A stretch of 64,000 nt of DNA from Malacoraja senta (GCA_038087875.1 CM075990.1:434001-498000); one strand, 5' to 3'; counted from the first letter of the stretch, positions 12,499 to 24,765 are shown. The notes: generated by a model from the sequence alone, not told the origin. Program-made: numbers and translations.

Positions 12499-12685
12499 CT
12501 GCAGATGCAGGTTTAAACTGAAGATGGACATAAAATGCTGGAGTAACTCAGTGAGACAGGTCTGAAGAAGAGTCGCGACCCGAAACACCATCTATTCCTT
12601 CTATCCAGAGATGCTGCCTGTCACGCTGAGTTACTCTGAGATTTTGTGTCTATCTTCGGTTTAAACCAGCATCTGCAGTTCCTAC
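12499..12685. repeat. Inverted pair of Penelope-type terminal repeats around a hammerhead-like core
   Basis: Arms ~12499-12560 and ~12617-12678 are imperfect reverse complements; CTGAAGA..GAAA at 12562-12585. Confidence 0.7.
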
Positions 12686-12691
12686 TAAATT

Positions 12692-15600
12692 TTACTTCGG
12701 AGTCACGTGAGTGACTTCGTGAGGAAGGCAGTCAGCCCGCATGCGCATCATTACATCTAACGCATTGCGCAACGACTGACTGGCAGGCGCGTTGCTCCTT
12801 CCAGCGGTAAGTTTACACCTGCAGGTAAGTTTTAAACTTATTTCCAGGTTCTGTTTTTTGTCTGGCAGGAAGCTCTGTTACACAGTTTTCCTGCTGGATA
12901 CAATTTTGGGGCGAAGTCCGGACGGGCCGCGGGGAAACCAGTTATGGACCGTGGGGAGATCCCGTCGGCCGTCGGGTTCGCTACCTAAGTCGCTGACAAT
13001 GGGGTCAGCGGCTCCCAGACCGCTGTGGTTCCCCAGAAAGGGGGTAAATCCAAGAGTAAGTCGGTCTCGCCACCCGAGTCGCTGACAGTGTGGTCAGCGG
13101 TTCCCAGAAAGGGGGTAAAACCAAGAATAAGTCGGTCAGGCCTATGGACTCGGACGAGTCAGGCCAGGAGGCTTCCCCTCCGACATACCTGGGTACGTCC
13201 TCGGATGTTTAACCCACATGGAGCATGGATAGCGCCCTCGGGCGTTTATCCCACTAATGTGATGCTCCTGATATAGGTCCGTAGGAGGGGCCATATCAGC
13301 GCAGGTATCCTCTGGGGCCTGCGGCAGCACCTGTTTTCAGGGCTGCCTACGAATCTCCCTCTCTGTGGAGGGGAGTGCGAGTGGTCAGTGTGTAACTGAC
13401 TTCAAATTCGAAAGTATGTCCGTGGAACATACTGGAGCACATGCATATGGCTTCAAGGAAATACTCGCAAACGAAGGGATTGCTGCTGGAAGAGTTGGTT
13501 CCAGCCGTTAGCAGAAAACCTGGAAGGGGCCACAGTTCCCCTCACGCTACAAGTGCTGACTGTGAACAGCGCTATCAGGGGTGACATTGGAGGGGGCATG
13601 AAATCCAGAGAAATGAAACCAGCTGCTGAATCTTCTCTTCAGGTAAGACTTATCCAACAGGTAATACCTGGATGAGGAAGCATAAGCTGTCGGACTAATC
13701 AAGGTACCGACGACGACACACCCCACACCTTCATCGGCAGTAAGCAGTTCACTGAAGCTGGTGGCAGCTTGAAAGCTGGGCAGAGGTCTTTCAGGCCAAG
13801 GTCCAAGCCGGTCTCAGGAAAAATATGGAATCCACGCACCCTACCAGTCCTACTCTCCAATCAAGGAAGGAAATATAACCCGCATCAGGGGCCTTTGGGC
13901 TTACCATAAGACCACAGTTAACCATGGAGGTAGGTGGGTCTGGTTCTTGCGAAACATGGGGTATGTGGACCATTTACAAGTTGGTAATATTTACACTTGT
14001 TTTTTGTACAAATGACAATGATAACATGAGATTCAGATCCGTTTATAAACTAAAATAATAACATGTGATTGGTTTATTCTACACAGTATACAAGGGTTCC
14101 AAGCATGGCTTGGAATTGGGGCCAGAGTTGCCTTTCGAGGCAGGCTCAATATTACGGCCAGGATTACCTTCCGAGACAAGCTCGGAAATATGGCCAGAGT
14201 TGTCTTTCATGGCAGGCTCAGAATTATGGCCAGAGTTGTCTTTCAAGGCAGGCCCAGTATTATGGCCAGGATTGCCTTTCAAGACAGGCTCGGAAATAAG
14301 GCCAGATTTGTCTTTCGAGGCAGGCTCAGAATTATGGCCAGAGTTGTCTTTCGAGGCAGGCTCAGTATTATGGCCAGGATTACCTTTCGAGACAGGCTCA
14401 GGAACCTGGCCAGAGTTGTCGTTCAAGGCAGGCACGGAATTATGGCAGGCCTGGCCTGTTCATTGTGAAAGATGGAGGATGTCGGTTCATCCTTGATTTA
14501 ACTCGCACGTGCAATATAGACTTTTCAGGATATGGAACTTCGTTACTGTCTAACAACTGATTTCCATAGGATCTTTATGGCATGCATCGATCTCAAAGAT
14601 GCATACTATTCAGGTCCCATTCACAGGGATCACCTGAGACATTTGAAATTTATCTGGATGGGGCAATGCTAACAATTAATGTGTTGCAATATGGGCTAAC
14701 GTCAGCTCCCAGGTAATTTACCAAATTACTAAACCAGTGCTTGGACTGCTCAGATCTCAAAAACACTTGTTATGGCTTAACTGGATGATATTCTAAACGC
14801 TGTATTTTGCTAAAATCAACAGTTTCAGCCACAAACTATATTTGAGAAATTGAGGTTCCTCATCCATCCAGTTAATTTTTTGTTGATACCAACTAGAGTT
14901 ATTGATTATTCGGATTTACCTTTAACTATTAATTTGTCTGTGACTCCGCCCTGGGGCAAGAGATTGGAATTAATAGAACCCTGTAACAACCTTGTTGTTA
15001 TGAAGCAGCCTTCTATTCATCAAGTGTAATTGGCAATATAGTAGCTATGTTCAGCTGTGCAAATTGGGTCTTTGCCTTATCAGAACTTACAACGTGCAAA
15101 GTAGTAACCTCTCAAGTGCCATGTAGGTCATTGTTAACAGACCTGTGCTATTACCAGCTGAAGCTGCCAAAGTCACAATGGTGGACGAACAGTATTCAGC
15201 ATTGCTCCAGTAGTTTTTGGTCAGTAAATCTTCAGTTATTTTACAAACTGATGCTAGTGCTCAAAGATGGAAAATTACGAATGCCATCTCTAGTTACGGA
15301 GGCGGATGGAATTTGCATGAGTTACCAATTCTTCAGTTATTGGTATCAACTACCTATAGACACTAGGTGCATTCTATGGGTTAAAGGGTTATTGTGCGAA
15401 TATGCATAATCTGCATGCTCAATTCCAAGTTGATACACTGTGGTGGTGGCATATGTTAGTCACATGGGTGCAATCAAGTCAAAGTATCCTGTCATAATTT
15501 ACCTAAACTCATTTGGCGCTGGTGTATCATCACTTAAAATCAATGACAACACAGAATGGATGTTGGATCACAAAGTATTATATGACATTATGGCTGGATG

Positions 15601-17407
15601 GAACACTGAATATCGATATGTTTGCATCCAGGCTCATTCACCGGTTGCAAAAACATGTGGCATCACAGTGGCGAGAGATACATACTCGCAACACGGGGGA
15701 GGAATGTTCTTTTATGTATTTTCTCCATTTTGCCACATCAGTCGGGTCTTGCAATAAATTCAGCAAGAACCCGCTTCAGGTTTTTTTGTACTGTCTGACT
15801 GGCCTATGCAGCCATGGTTCCCGCTTATGTTGGGAATAATAATAGAACCTTATATGGGTATTCTAAACATAAAACTTTGCTGGTTCAGCCTGTGACTCGG
15901 GAAACCAGCCTCTGCATGATTAAATCAATTCATTGACGCAGACTCTGAGAAGACTTCTCCTGCGGCTCGGGTAGTCAGACCGATCCATGTATCCATGCAG
16001 AGTGCAGGGATAGCACCAAAAAAGCAGTACATTTCCTCTTCAGGAGATGGGAAGCATTTTCTTTAAATGCTATGTTACATATAATACGGCACGGATACTG
16101 ACATCTTGGAGTTCATTTTCAAATGGGTCCTTGACAATAAATTAAATTACAGTGCCATTAACTGTGCCCAACGTGCCTTCTCATCATATTTGCTGCAGCG
16201 AGCGGGACCCGCTCTGTTGGGTCTCACCCTCTGATACCCAGTTTATAAAGGATATATTTAACACAAGTTCTCCCAGTCCCAAGTACACGGAAGTATGGTA
16301 TATTGACATTGTGTGAACACTAATTTACCAGGGGGCTCCAGCTGCATTCTTATCTTTGGCCCGGCTCATAAGGTAGTTATCCTCATGGCGCTGCTTTCAG
16401 CACAACGGGTCCAGTCATTACATAAATTGCGACTGGACAGGATGGTTACACCTGCAAATAATATAAATGTTTATGATTTAGTTAAGCAGAACAGCCCAGG
16501 GGCGTCAGGTCTCAAACTAGTTCTCATGGTATACCCCATGGACCATTGGTTATGTGTGGTCACACATTACAACAATACATCAAGGTCATCTGGAGCCTTA
16601 GAGGCTCTGATACTAGCAATGTTTGTTAGTTACAAAAAACCTCATAAGAAGGTATCAGTTCAGACCATCTCCAGGTGTTTAAAACAGGGTTTTGGCTTAT
16701 GCAGGAGGAGATACTCATATTTTCTAATCTCACTCCACCAGGGCTGCTACAACATCAGCAGCAAGGGTTATGTACGGTCTGCTGGACCACATCCTAGCGA
16801 TTGCAGGATGGTCTAACGAACGAGTTTTCCAAACATTTTATAATAACCCATTGCCAGACCAGGGGTATTTGCCAACTCTATTTTAGGTTATATTTTATAG
16901 TTTCCTCCTGGATGAGAGGGGTTACTATTATTATTATTATTTGTTCATTAAAAAGCATCAGCATGTTTTAAATCTATGTCATGTCTGTATGCATTATGAA
17001 TGTTTCCCTTATCTGTGGTCAACTGATGCAGTTGTGCTTGTGTGGACTCGTTTCCACGGCATGAAATTACAGAGCTTTGAAATATTCACGTAGTCACTCA
17101 CGTAACTCCGAAGTAAAATAGTAAGATTAAACGAGAACTTACCAGTTTGAAGTTTGATCTTTATTTTATGAGGAGTTACGATGAGCGATTACGTGCCCTC
17201 CGCTCCCAACCCTCGTATCATAAAGGTCATCTGGTAGTTCTAGTCCTCTCTAATCTTACTATGTTCAGTTCAACAACTGTTATCTGTGATTTCACACCGC
17301 TGCTTTGAAGATTGACGTGCATGCGAGCTGACGGCCTTCTTCAGGTAATCGCTCATAAAATAAATATCAAACTTCAAACTGGTAAGTTCTCATTTAATCT
17401 TACTATT
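12692..17407 (+). mobile_element. DIRS1-like retrotransposon B with both termini and ICR (~17085-17195); duplicate of A; decayed
   Basis: ATT-ttacttcggagtcacgtgagtgac left end and cttact-ATT right end; colinear with A at offset 13527. Confidence 0.95.
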
Positions 17408-19825
17408 AAACTGTACATGAGTACAATAAATCCATATACAAGTACAAGTAATTTACAAAGAGAAAAATACCAGAGTACACAATATAGTGTGACAGCTTTC
17501 CAGCATTACAGGGACAGGGAAATCACAAGGGCCACATTGAGTTTGCTGATGAGAGGACCTTTCAGTAGTCTGATAAAAGCAAGGAAGTAGCTGTTCTGCC
17601 TGATGTGAGAAAGGAGAAAAGGGTTGTGAGGACTGTTTATGCTCTGGGTATCCTTCCAGCCTCATCACAGTTGCATCCACCCCTCATGAAGCTAGCTGGT
17701 CAGTTGGAACTCATAACTATTCCCCCATCCACTAGAGCCAGCAGCTTACATTCCACTGGTTGAGGCCACCCTTACTTCCCAGTGGAGTTCCAAATGGAGT
17801 CTAAAGAAGGATCTTGACCATAAACATCACCCATCCCTTCTGTCCAGAGATGCCGCCTGTCCCGCTGAGTTACTCCAGCATTTTGTGTCTATCTAAGGTG
17901 TAAACCAGCATCTGCAGTTCCTTACTACATCTTACTCCGACCAGCGCGGCCCGGGAAGGAAGCGGCCGTTCCAGATACTCCAATGCCGCTGAAGAGTCTT
18001 CTCCCGATGCCGGAACTCCATCATCCGGCGAGAGGGCCTATAACATCCAGCCACCGTTGCGACGAATGCGGAGGCCTCCAATAGGCCCCGACCTCGGGTG
18101 AACTAAGAGGAGGAGGACTGGACTTTTTAGTGCCTTCCCTCACAGTGGAAAGTTGCTTCTGCTGTGGGGGAACGTTCATGTTAAATTCTATAGTGTGTTG
18201 TGTCTTTTTTATTTTTATATTTTATATGGATGTATGGTAATCTGATTTCTTCTCTGTAAAGCACTTTGGCTTCAACTTGATTTGATTTAGAAGTGCTGTA
18301 TAAATAAAAATTACTTACTTACTTACTTACTTCCCAGTGGGCAGGAATGAACCTCAGCTCATGCCCACCAGACGCTGTGAAATTTTAATCCTGGACTTTG
18401 ACCCAACCAGCCCAGGTGGGCTGAAACTGGATGCCAGGACACAGCTTTTAATATGTGAATGTCACAAAACTGCTTTTGCAGTCCAGCTGCCTGGCCTCAT
18501 TAATGTCGGTTTCCTTTGAGCTACAAAACATTGGGCTCTGGCAATACATTGGGTCCAGTCATTCCTACTCCTTGTATGGTCTCTGCTTCGGCCTTTGAAC
18601 TTTGGGGTGACACGGTGGCGCAACGGCAGAGTTGCAGCCTTACAGCACCAGAGTCCCAGGTTCCATCCTGACTAAGATTCAAGATTCAAGAGAGTTTGTT
18701 GTCATGTGTCCCTGATAGGACAATGAAATTTTTGCTTTACTTCAGCACAACAGAACATACTAGGCATGAATACAGAACAGATCAGTGTGTCCATATACCA
18801 TTATATAAATATATACACACATGAATAAATAAACTGATTAAGTGCAAATAAACAGATAATGTGCTATTAATGTTCAGAGATTTGTCCGAGCCAAGTTTAA
18901 TAACCTGATGGTTGTGGGGAAGTAGCTATTCCTGAACCTGGTCGTTGCAGTCTTCAGGCTCCTGTAACTTCTACCTGAAGGTAGCGGGGAGATGAGTGTG
19001 TGGCCAGGATGGTGTGGTTCCTTGATGATGCTGCCAGCCTTTTTGAGGCAGCGACTGCGATAGATCCCCTCGATGGAAGGGAGGTCAGAGCCGATGATGG
19101 ACTGGGCAGTGTTTACTACTTTTTGTAGTCTTTTCCGCTCCAGGGCACTCAAGTTGCCGAACCAAGCCATGATGCAACCGGTCAGCATGCTCTCTTCACA
19201 TTGTGTTTCTGAATTTGTTGTTGTTGTTTTTTGGATCGAATTTCTGTCTTTAATTTGTGTATTGGTGATGTCTTTATAACTTATTTTACTCTGATTATAT
19301 GTTTCTTTGTTAAATTTTGTAAGGTGTCCTTGAGACTTTTGTATAGGCGCCCATAAATAAAATTTATTATTATTATTATTATTACTGTGGAGAATCGCTC
19401 GATCTCTCTTCTATACTCTGACTCATCCCCATCAGTGATACGTCCCACAACAGTGGTGTCGTCAGCGAACTCGATGATGGAGTTCACACTATGGACACTA
19501 CAGGAGAAGGAAGATCGTCAAGGCAACCAGAGTGTTTGCGGGGGGGGAGGTGGGGGGGAGGGTGGGGGGGGTGGGCGGCCTGTGGCCTATTCCACCTCTC
19601 CACAAATTCCAATATTGGTAGCCAGTGGAGGCTGGGGGGCTTTCTGGAACGCTAGTATGGGTGTTGTAGGCTGAAAGGACTGGTTTCCAGAGGGCGAGTA
19701 TGGACGTTGTGGGCCAAATGGATTCTTGGGGTGGCAGCTCAGTCACTCAAGCCTGATGTGCTGGCAGCTCACTCACGGCTGGTGGGCAGGCAGTTGACTC
19801 ACGGTTATTCCTTGAAATTCCATTT

Positions 19826-20246
19826 CAAGCAGGATGCAAGGCCACCAAATTCAAATGCTGTTTCTTAGCACTCCAAGCAGGGTGCAAGGCCTCCAAATTC
19901 AAGTGCAGTTTCCTACCACTTCAAGCATTGTGCAAGGCCACCAAACTCAAGTGCAGTTTCATGCCACATCAAGCAGGGCGCAAGGCCACCAAATGCAAGT
20001 GCAGTTTCATGCCATTTCAAGCAGGGTGCAAGGCCACCAAATTCAACTGCAGTTTGATGCCTTTTCAAACAGGGTTCAAGGCCACTAAATTCAAGTGCAG
20101 TTTTGTACCACTTCAAGCAGGGTGCAAGGTCACCAAATTCAAGTGCAGTTTTGTACCACTTCAAGCAGGGTGCAAGGCCACCAAATTCAAATGCAGTTTC
20201 ATAATTTCATGCAGGGTGCAAGGCCACCAAATTCAAATGCAGTTTC
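19826..20246. repeat. 48-bp minisatellite, ~9 units (remnant unit at ~20757-20808)
   Basis: Same unit as 12076-12302. Confidence 0.95.
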
Positions 20247-20756
20247 AATACAATACAATACAATACAATTTATTTGTTGTCATTTGAACCTCATTGAATT
20301 TCAAACGAAATTTGGTTTCTGCAGTCATACAACAAGAAAAGAACCAAAACACAACACAATTTACACAAACATCCATCACAGTGAATCTCCTCCTCACTGT
20401 GATGGAAGGCAAAGTCTTATCTCTCCCCTGCACTCCCCATTTTTCTCCCGATGTCAAAGTCAAAGCCCCCGGCGGGCGATGGTAAATAGGTCCCACTGCC
20501 ATTAAGGCCGCGCCAGGTGATGCAAGGCCGCGCTCCTGGTCTTGATGTTGGAGCCCCCGGCGGGAACTAGCAAGTCCCGTGGCCATTAAAGCAGTGCCGG
20601 GCAATGTAAGGCCCTGCTCCAGGTCACTTTCAACCCTGCAACTCGGGCGGGAGAATTTGCCATTGCGGAAGCTCCGAAAAGCGTTCTCCCACCAGGGACC
20701 CGCGAGCTCCCGGTGTTACCGTCCACTGGGCTTACGGCTGGAGCCTCCGAAGCTCC
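20247..20756 (-). mobile_element. SINE-like element with Rex1-type 3' stem-loop and (ttgta)n tail, inserted in the minisatellite
   Basis: Minus-strand aaatttcgtttgaa...caaatgacaacaaataaa(ttgta)n; minisatellite resumes after it. Confidence 0.6.
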
Positions 20757-21194
20757 ATTGCAAAACCACCACTTTCAAATGCAGTTTCATACCATTTAAA
20801 GCAGGATGAAACCACCATGAAACCACCATAAAACCACACAAAATACCATATAAACACTACATAAACACCACACTCACCGTTCAGTAGACATTCAGTGTGT
20901 TCAGTTGATTCACAGCTCAGACAGAGTCATGACCTCTCTCTCCCCCATCTTGCAGAGACCGAGCCACACCCACACTTCCGGGTTTGACAAGCCCTCCCCC
21001 TCCCACCGGAGGGGGCGTGGCCTTCATGGCAGGATTGACAGGAGAGAGATTCTCAACAATTTTTAAACACTAATAACACTTTTATTTTTCATTGATGGGA
21101 AGAATCCTCAGCACCTGATGAGCGGAGGGGGACTGAGTCAGATGGCCAAAAATCACAGCCGTAAGTGCTAGAATTATATCTAAAATCAATATAC

Positions 21195-21520
21195 AGGGGG
21201 GGGAGGGGGTAGGGAGGGGTGGAGGGAAAGGGGGAGGGAGAGGGGGGGAGAGAGAGAGAGGGGAGAGAGAGGGGGAGGGAGGGGAGGAGGGGAGGGTGGG
21301 GGAGAGGTGGTGTGGGGGGAGAGAGAGGGGGGAAGGGGGGAGAGGAGGTGGTAAAGAGGGGAGTGGGGGTAGAGGAGGGGGGAAGGGGATGACTAGGGGG
21401 GAGGGGGAGAGGATGGGGAGAGGAAGGGGGGAGGAGGGGGGACGAGGAGGGGGGAGATGAGGGGGGAGAGGAGGGGGGAGAGGGAGGAAGGGGGAGGGGG
21501 GAGAAAGAGGGAGAGGGCGG
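21195..21520. repeat. G/A polypurine low-complexity tract
   Basis: Almost only G and A for ~320 bp. Confidence 0.95.
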
Positions 21521-22535
21521 ACTTGAACTCGGCGAGCGGGCGGCGGGCCTCGGGACCTCGCTGGACGTCGCAGGACCGCTGAAGCCCTCGGAAACCCAAC
21601 CAAATTACTGCGTGTTCTGCGGCTTCAATCCAGAGTCCGGAGGGGAGGGCGGCTGAGCTGCGGGCGGAGCGCTGCGGACGGCCGGCATAGTGTGACTTGA
21701 CTGCGCGTGGGAGGTGACAAAATGACAGCGAGTCGCGGGGGTGGGGTGGGGTTAACGTAACTCGCAGCGCGTGCAAAAACAGTGGCCAGCAGGCTGCGCT
21801 TTGAAAACTCTGCGCAGCTGGCCACGAGGAGCAGAGCCATTGTGACGTCATCAGCTCATTGGCTTTAAAAAAGATCTCAGATTTGTGAACAATTTAAATA
21901 GAAAACTCAATAAATAATGAATCAAATTTTCAGATGAGGCGATTTTTGAAATCGTGAGGTAAATCTCTATCGGAATATGTAAAAATGTTACCGTTAGCGC
22001 GTCGTGTTTTCGAGGAGATGTGAATCACAGACAAACCAGACACACACACACAAATAAATACATCCACATCCAAGATCAGAGTTTTATAATAATAGAGATT
22101 TGGACAGGTACAAGGATAGGAAAGGTTTAAAGGGATATGGGCCAAAAATGGCAGGTGAGACTAGTGTAGATGGGGCACCTTGGTTGGGATCGGCAAGCTG
22201 GGCTGAAAGGCCTGTTTCCGTGTTGTATGAATCTATGACTCATTGCATTTAATTTAGTACTCATCGATATTGTGCCATTGATAGTACACAATTGGCATCC
22301 TAAATTAACCTGGATCACAAGCAAGGAGATTCACTCCATTGACATACAGTGGGATCATGTTAAATTCCCTCAGAAGACTCCTGATGCGTGCACACTGTGA
22401 TATGGTGCTCTGTGGAGATCAGGTAAACTAGTAGCGTACTGAAGATGTTTCAGAAGTAATTGAAATTTAACATCCAAATGATCACCTCTCTGTGATACGA
22501 TAGACAGGTCTCTGATAAAGATTGGCTTGATCAAG

Positions 22536-22905
22536 GAAGGAACTGCAGATGCTGGTTTACACCAAAGATTGACTCAAAATGCTGGAGAAACTCAGCGGGA
22601 CGGTCAATATTTGTGGATAGAGTAACGTTTCGGGTCGAGCCCCTTCTTCAGACTGAGAGTCAGGGGAGAGAGACACATAGAGATAAGGAAGGGTGAGACG
22701 TTAAAACAGTGTAGAATAGATCATTGCTAGCTGGGAGAAAGTGAAGGAGATAAAATGTAATGATGGCGAGAGAGGGAAAGCAAGGGTTACTTGAAGTTAG
22801 AAGGTCAATATTCATACCGCTGGGGTGTAAGCTGCCCAATCGAAATATGAGGTGCTGTTCCTCTAATTTGCGCTGGGCCACACTCTGACAGTGGAGGAGG
22901 CCCAG
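22536..22905 (-). mobile_element. Penelope-like element 3' fragment (GIY-YIG endonuclease C-terminus plus terminal repeat)
   Basis: AQRKLEEQHLIFRLGSLHPSGMNI, followed by ctgaagaaggggctcgacccgaaacgtta. Confidence 0.82.
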
Positions 22906-23364
22906 GACGGGGGCTTATGATGATGCCAGTGGGAATGCTCAGTGAGAATGTTGTTGTAAGGTGGAGATGTGCTGAGTGAGGATGCAGCAGAGGGTTGCAC
23001 AGGGGAAGGAGCACATCACTCAGCTTCTGATAATGAAAACAAATAGAGCAGAGGAGGAAGGAGTTGAGCAGAGTGAAGATTGTCTGTCAGCCAAGTTCTC
23101 TCTCAGCTCTTTCATCTATAAATATCTATCCATGAAATGACAAGTTGGCACTCAGGTTGCAAAATTGTGTAAGACATGAAAGTAATCATTACATTTCATT
23201 ATGAAAGAAAGGAAAATTAGCATTGTCAAACATTAAAACATTGTCAAACTTCGAACCACAAACATATGGTGAATGTCAATAGCATTTTTTTTTTAATTTC
23301 CTACTTGTTCAACATGGAGTAACACTTTTTTCAGTTTAGTTTAGTTTATTGTCACATGTACCGA

Positions 23365-23815
23365 GATAGAAACATAGAAACATAGAAATATGGGTGCAGG
23401 AGTAGACCATTCAGCCCTTCGAGCTAGCACCGCCATCCAATATGATCATGGCTGATCATCTGAAATCAGTACCCCGTTCCTGCATTTTCCCCATATTCAT
23501 TTATTCCTTTAGCCCTAAGAGCTAAATCTAACTCTCTCTTGAAAACATCCAGTAAATTGGCCCCCACTGCCTTCTGTGGCAGAGAATTCCACATTCACAA
23601 CTCTCTGGATGAAGACATTTTTCCTCATCTCAGTCCTAAATGGCCTACCCTTTATTCTTAAACTGGGACCGCAGGTTCTGGACTATCCCAAAATCAGGAA
23701 CATCTTTCTTGCATCTATCCTGTCCAATCCATTAAGATTTTTTTTTCTATTAGATCCCCTCTCACCCTTCTAAATTCCAGTGAATACAAGCCTAATCGAC
23801 CCATTCTTTCATCCT
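23365..23815 (-). mobile_element. CR1 3' fragment nested in a Rex1-type tail
   Basis: (atagaaac)n tail and reverse complement of the CR1 ORF2 end. Confidence 0.85.
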
Positions 23816-23875
23816 ATTTCAGTGAAAAGCTTTTGTTGCATGCTATCTAGTCAGCAGAACAACAAGACATGATTA

Positions 23876-24565
23876 CTAGATTTTACAATAAATGCCGTGC
23901 CTTTTATTGCCTTTTTCATGATTTCACCAAAATGCCTTTTTCACGATCGAGTGCCCAAATCAGCCTTATTTTGCCGTTTTGCTAAAAGGTCGTACTATTT
24001 TCTCTAATTGTACCATGATTACAATGACTTTTCTATGTTAACACATTAATATTAATGTTATATTAAACGTGTTAACATAGTAGGGTTGGGCGGGGGTGTG
24101 TGGGCGGCAGGTGCTTTGGGCAGGGGGTGTGTGGGCGGGGGTGGGTAGGCGGGGGCGAGTTATGCGGGGGGGTGGGGGAAGGGGGGGCAGAGGGGGTGGG
24201 GGGTTGTGGGCTGGGGGGTTAGTTGTGGGTGTTTGGGGGTGTATGGGCGGGGGAGAGAGTTGTGGGGGGAGAGGGGTATGTGGGCGTGGGGGGGAGTGAG
24301 CTTGGATCCGCCGGGATCAGAGTCTCTGCTTTCCGTTTATCGACTTCGGCAACATCTCCGCCTCTGGGCTGAGCTGGGTCTCCCACGCTGGACTGGGCTG
24401 AGCAGGGTCTCCAATGCTGGGCTGGGTCGGGTCTCCAATCCTGGGCTGGGTCTCTGATGCTGGGTCTCCGACACTGGGTTGCTCGGGGCTGGGCTGCTTC
24501 GAGTCCCACCGAAAATTGTGTCCATTAATCTCCACCGGCCATCCTCGGCTCCAATAAAGATGCGA
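23876..24565 (-). mobile_element. Possible second Helitron-like element 3' end running into the gap; contains a G-rich tract (24083-24300) and ~25-bp repeats (24363-24497)
   Basis: Minus-strand caataaa...tttattg hairpin then taaaat-CTAG|T; abruptly interrupts a Rex1-type tail. Confidence 0.4.
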
Positions 24566-24765
24566 NNNNNNNNNNNNNNNNNNNNNNNNNNNNNNNNNNN
24601 NNNNNNNNNNNNNNNNNNNNNNNNNNNNNNNNNNNNNNNNNNNNNNNNNNNNNNNNNNNNNNNNNNNNNNNNNNNNNNNNNNNNNNNNNNNNNNNNNNNN
24701 NNNNNNNNNNNNNNNNNNNNNNNNNNNNNNNNNNNNNNNNNNNNNNNNNNNNNNNNNNNNNNNNN
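24566..24765. other. Assembly gap (200 N)
   Basis: Run of n. Confidence 1.

Larger units (their letters stand above)
19531..22098 (-). mobile_element. Non-autonomous Helitron-like element, 5' part and body (3' termini deleted in this copy)
   Basis: Minus-strand start A|TCTCTATTATTATAAAACT at 22098; body matches 11650-12302; carries the 48-bp minisatellite and a polypurine tract. Confidence 0.75.

Noticed and set aside
21082..21603. Proline-rich 173-aa ORF
   Set aside because: Translation of the polypurine tract complement.
22310..22420. Possible minus-strand host exon (STISQCARIRSLLREFNMIPLYVNG...)
   Set aside because: Plausible AG/GT ends, but no recognisable protein and no linked exons; needs RNA-seq or BLASTX.
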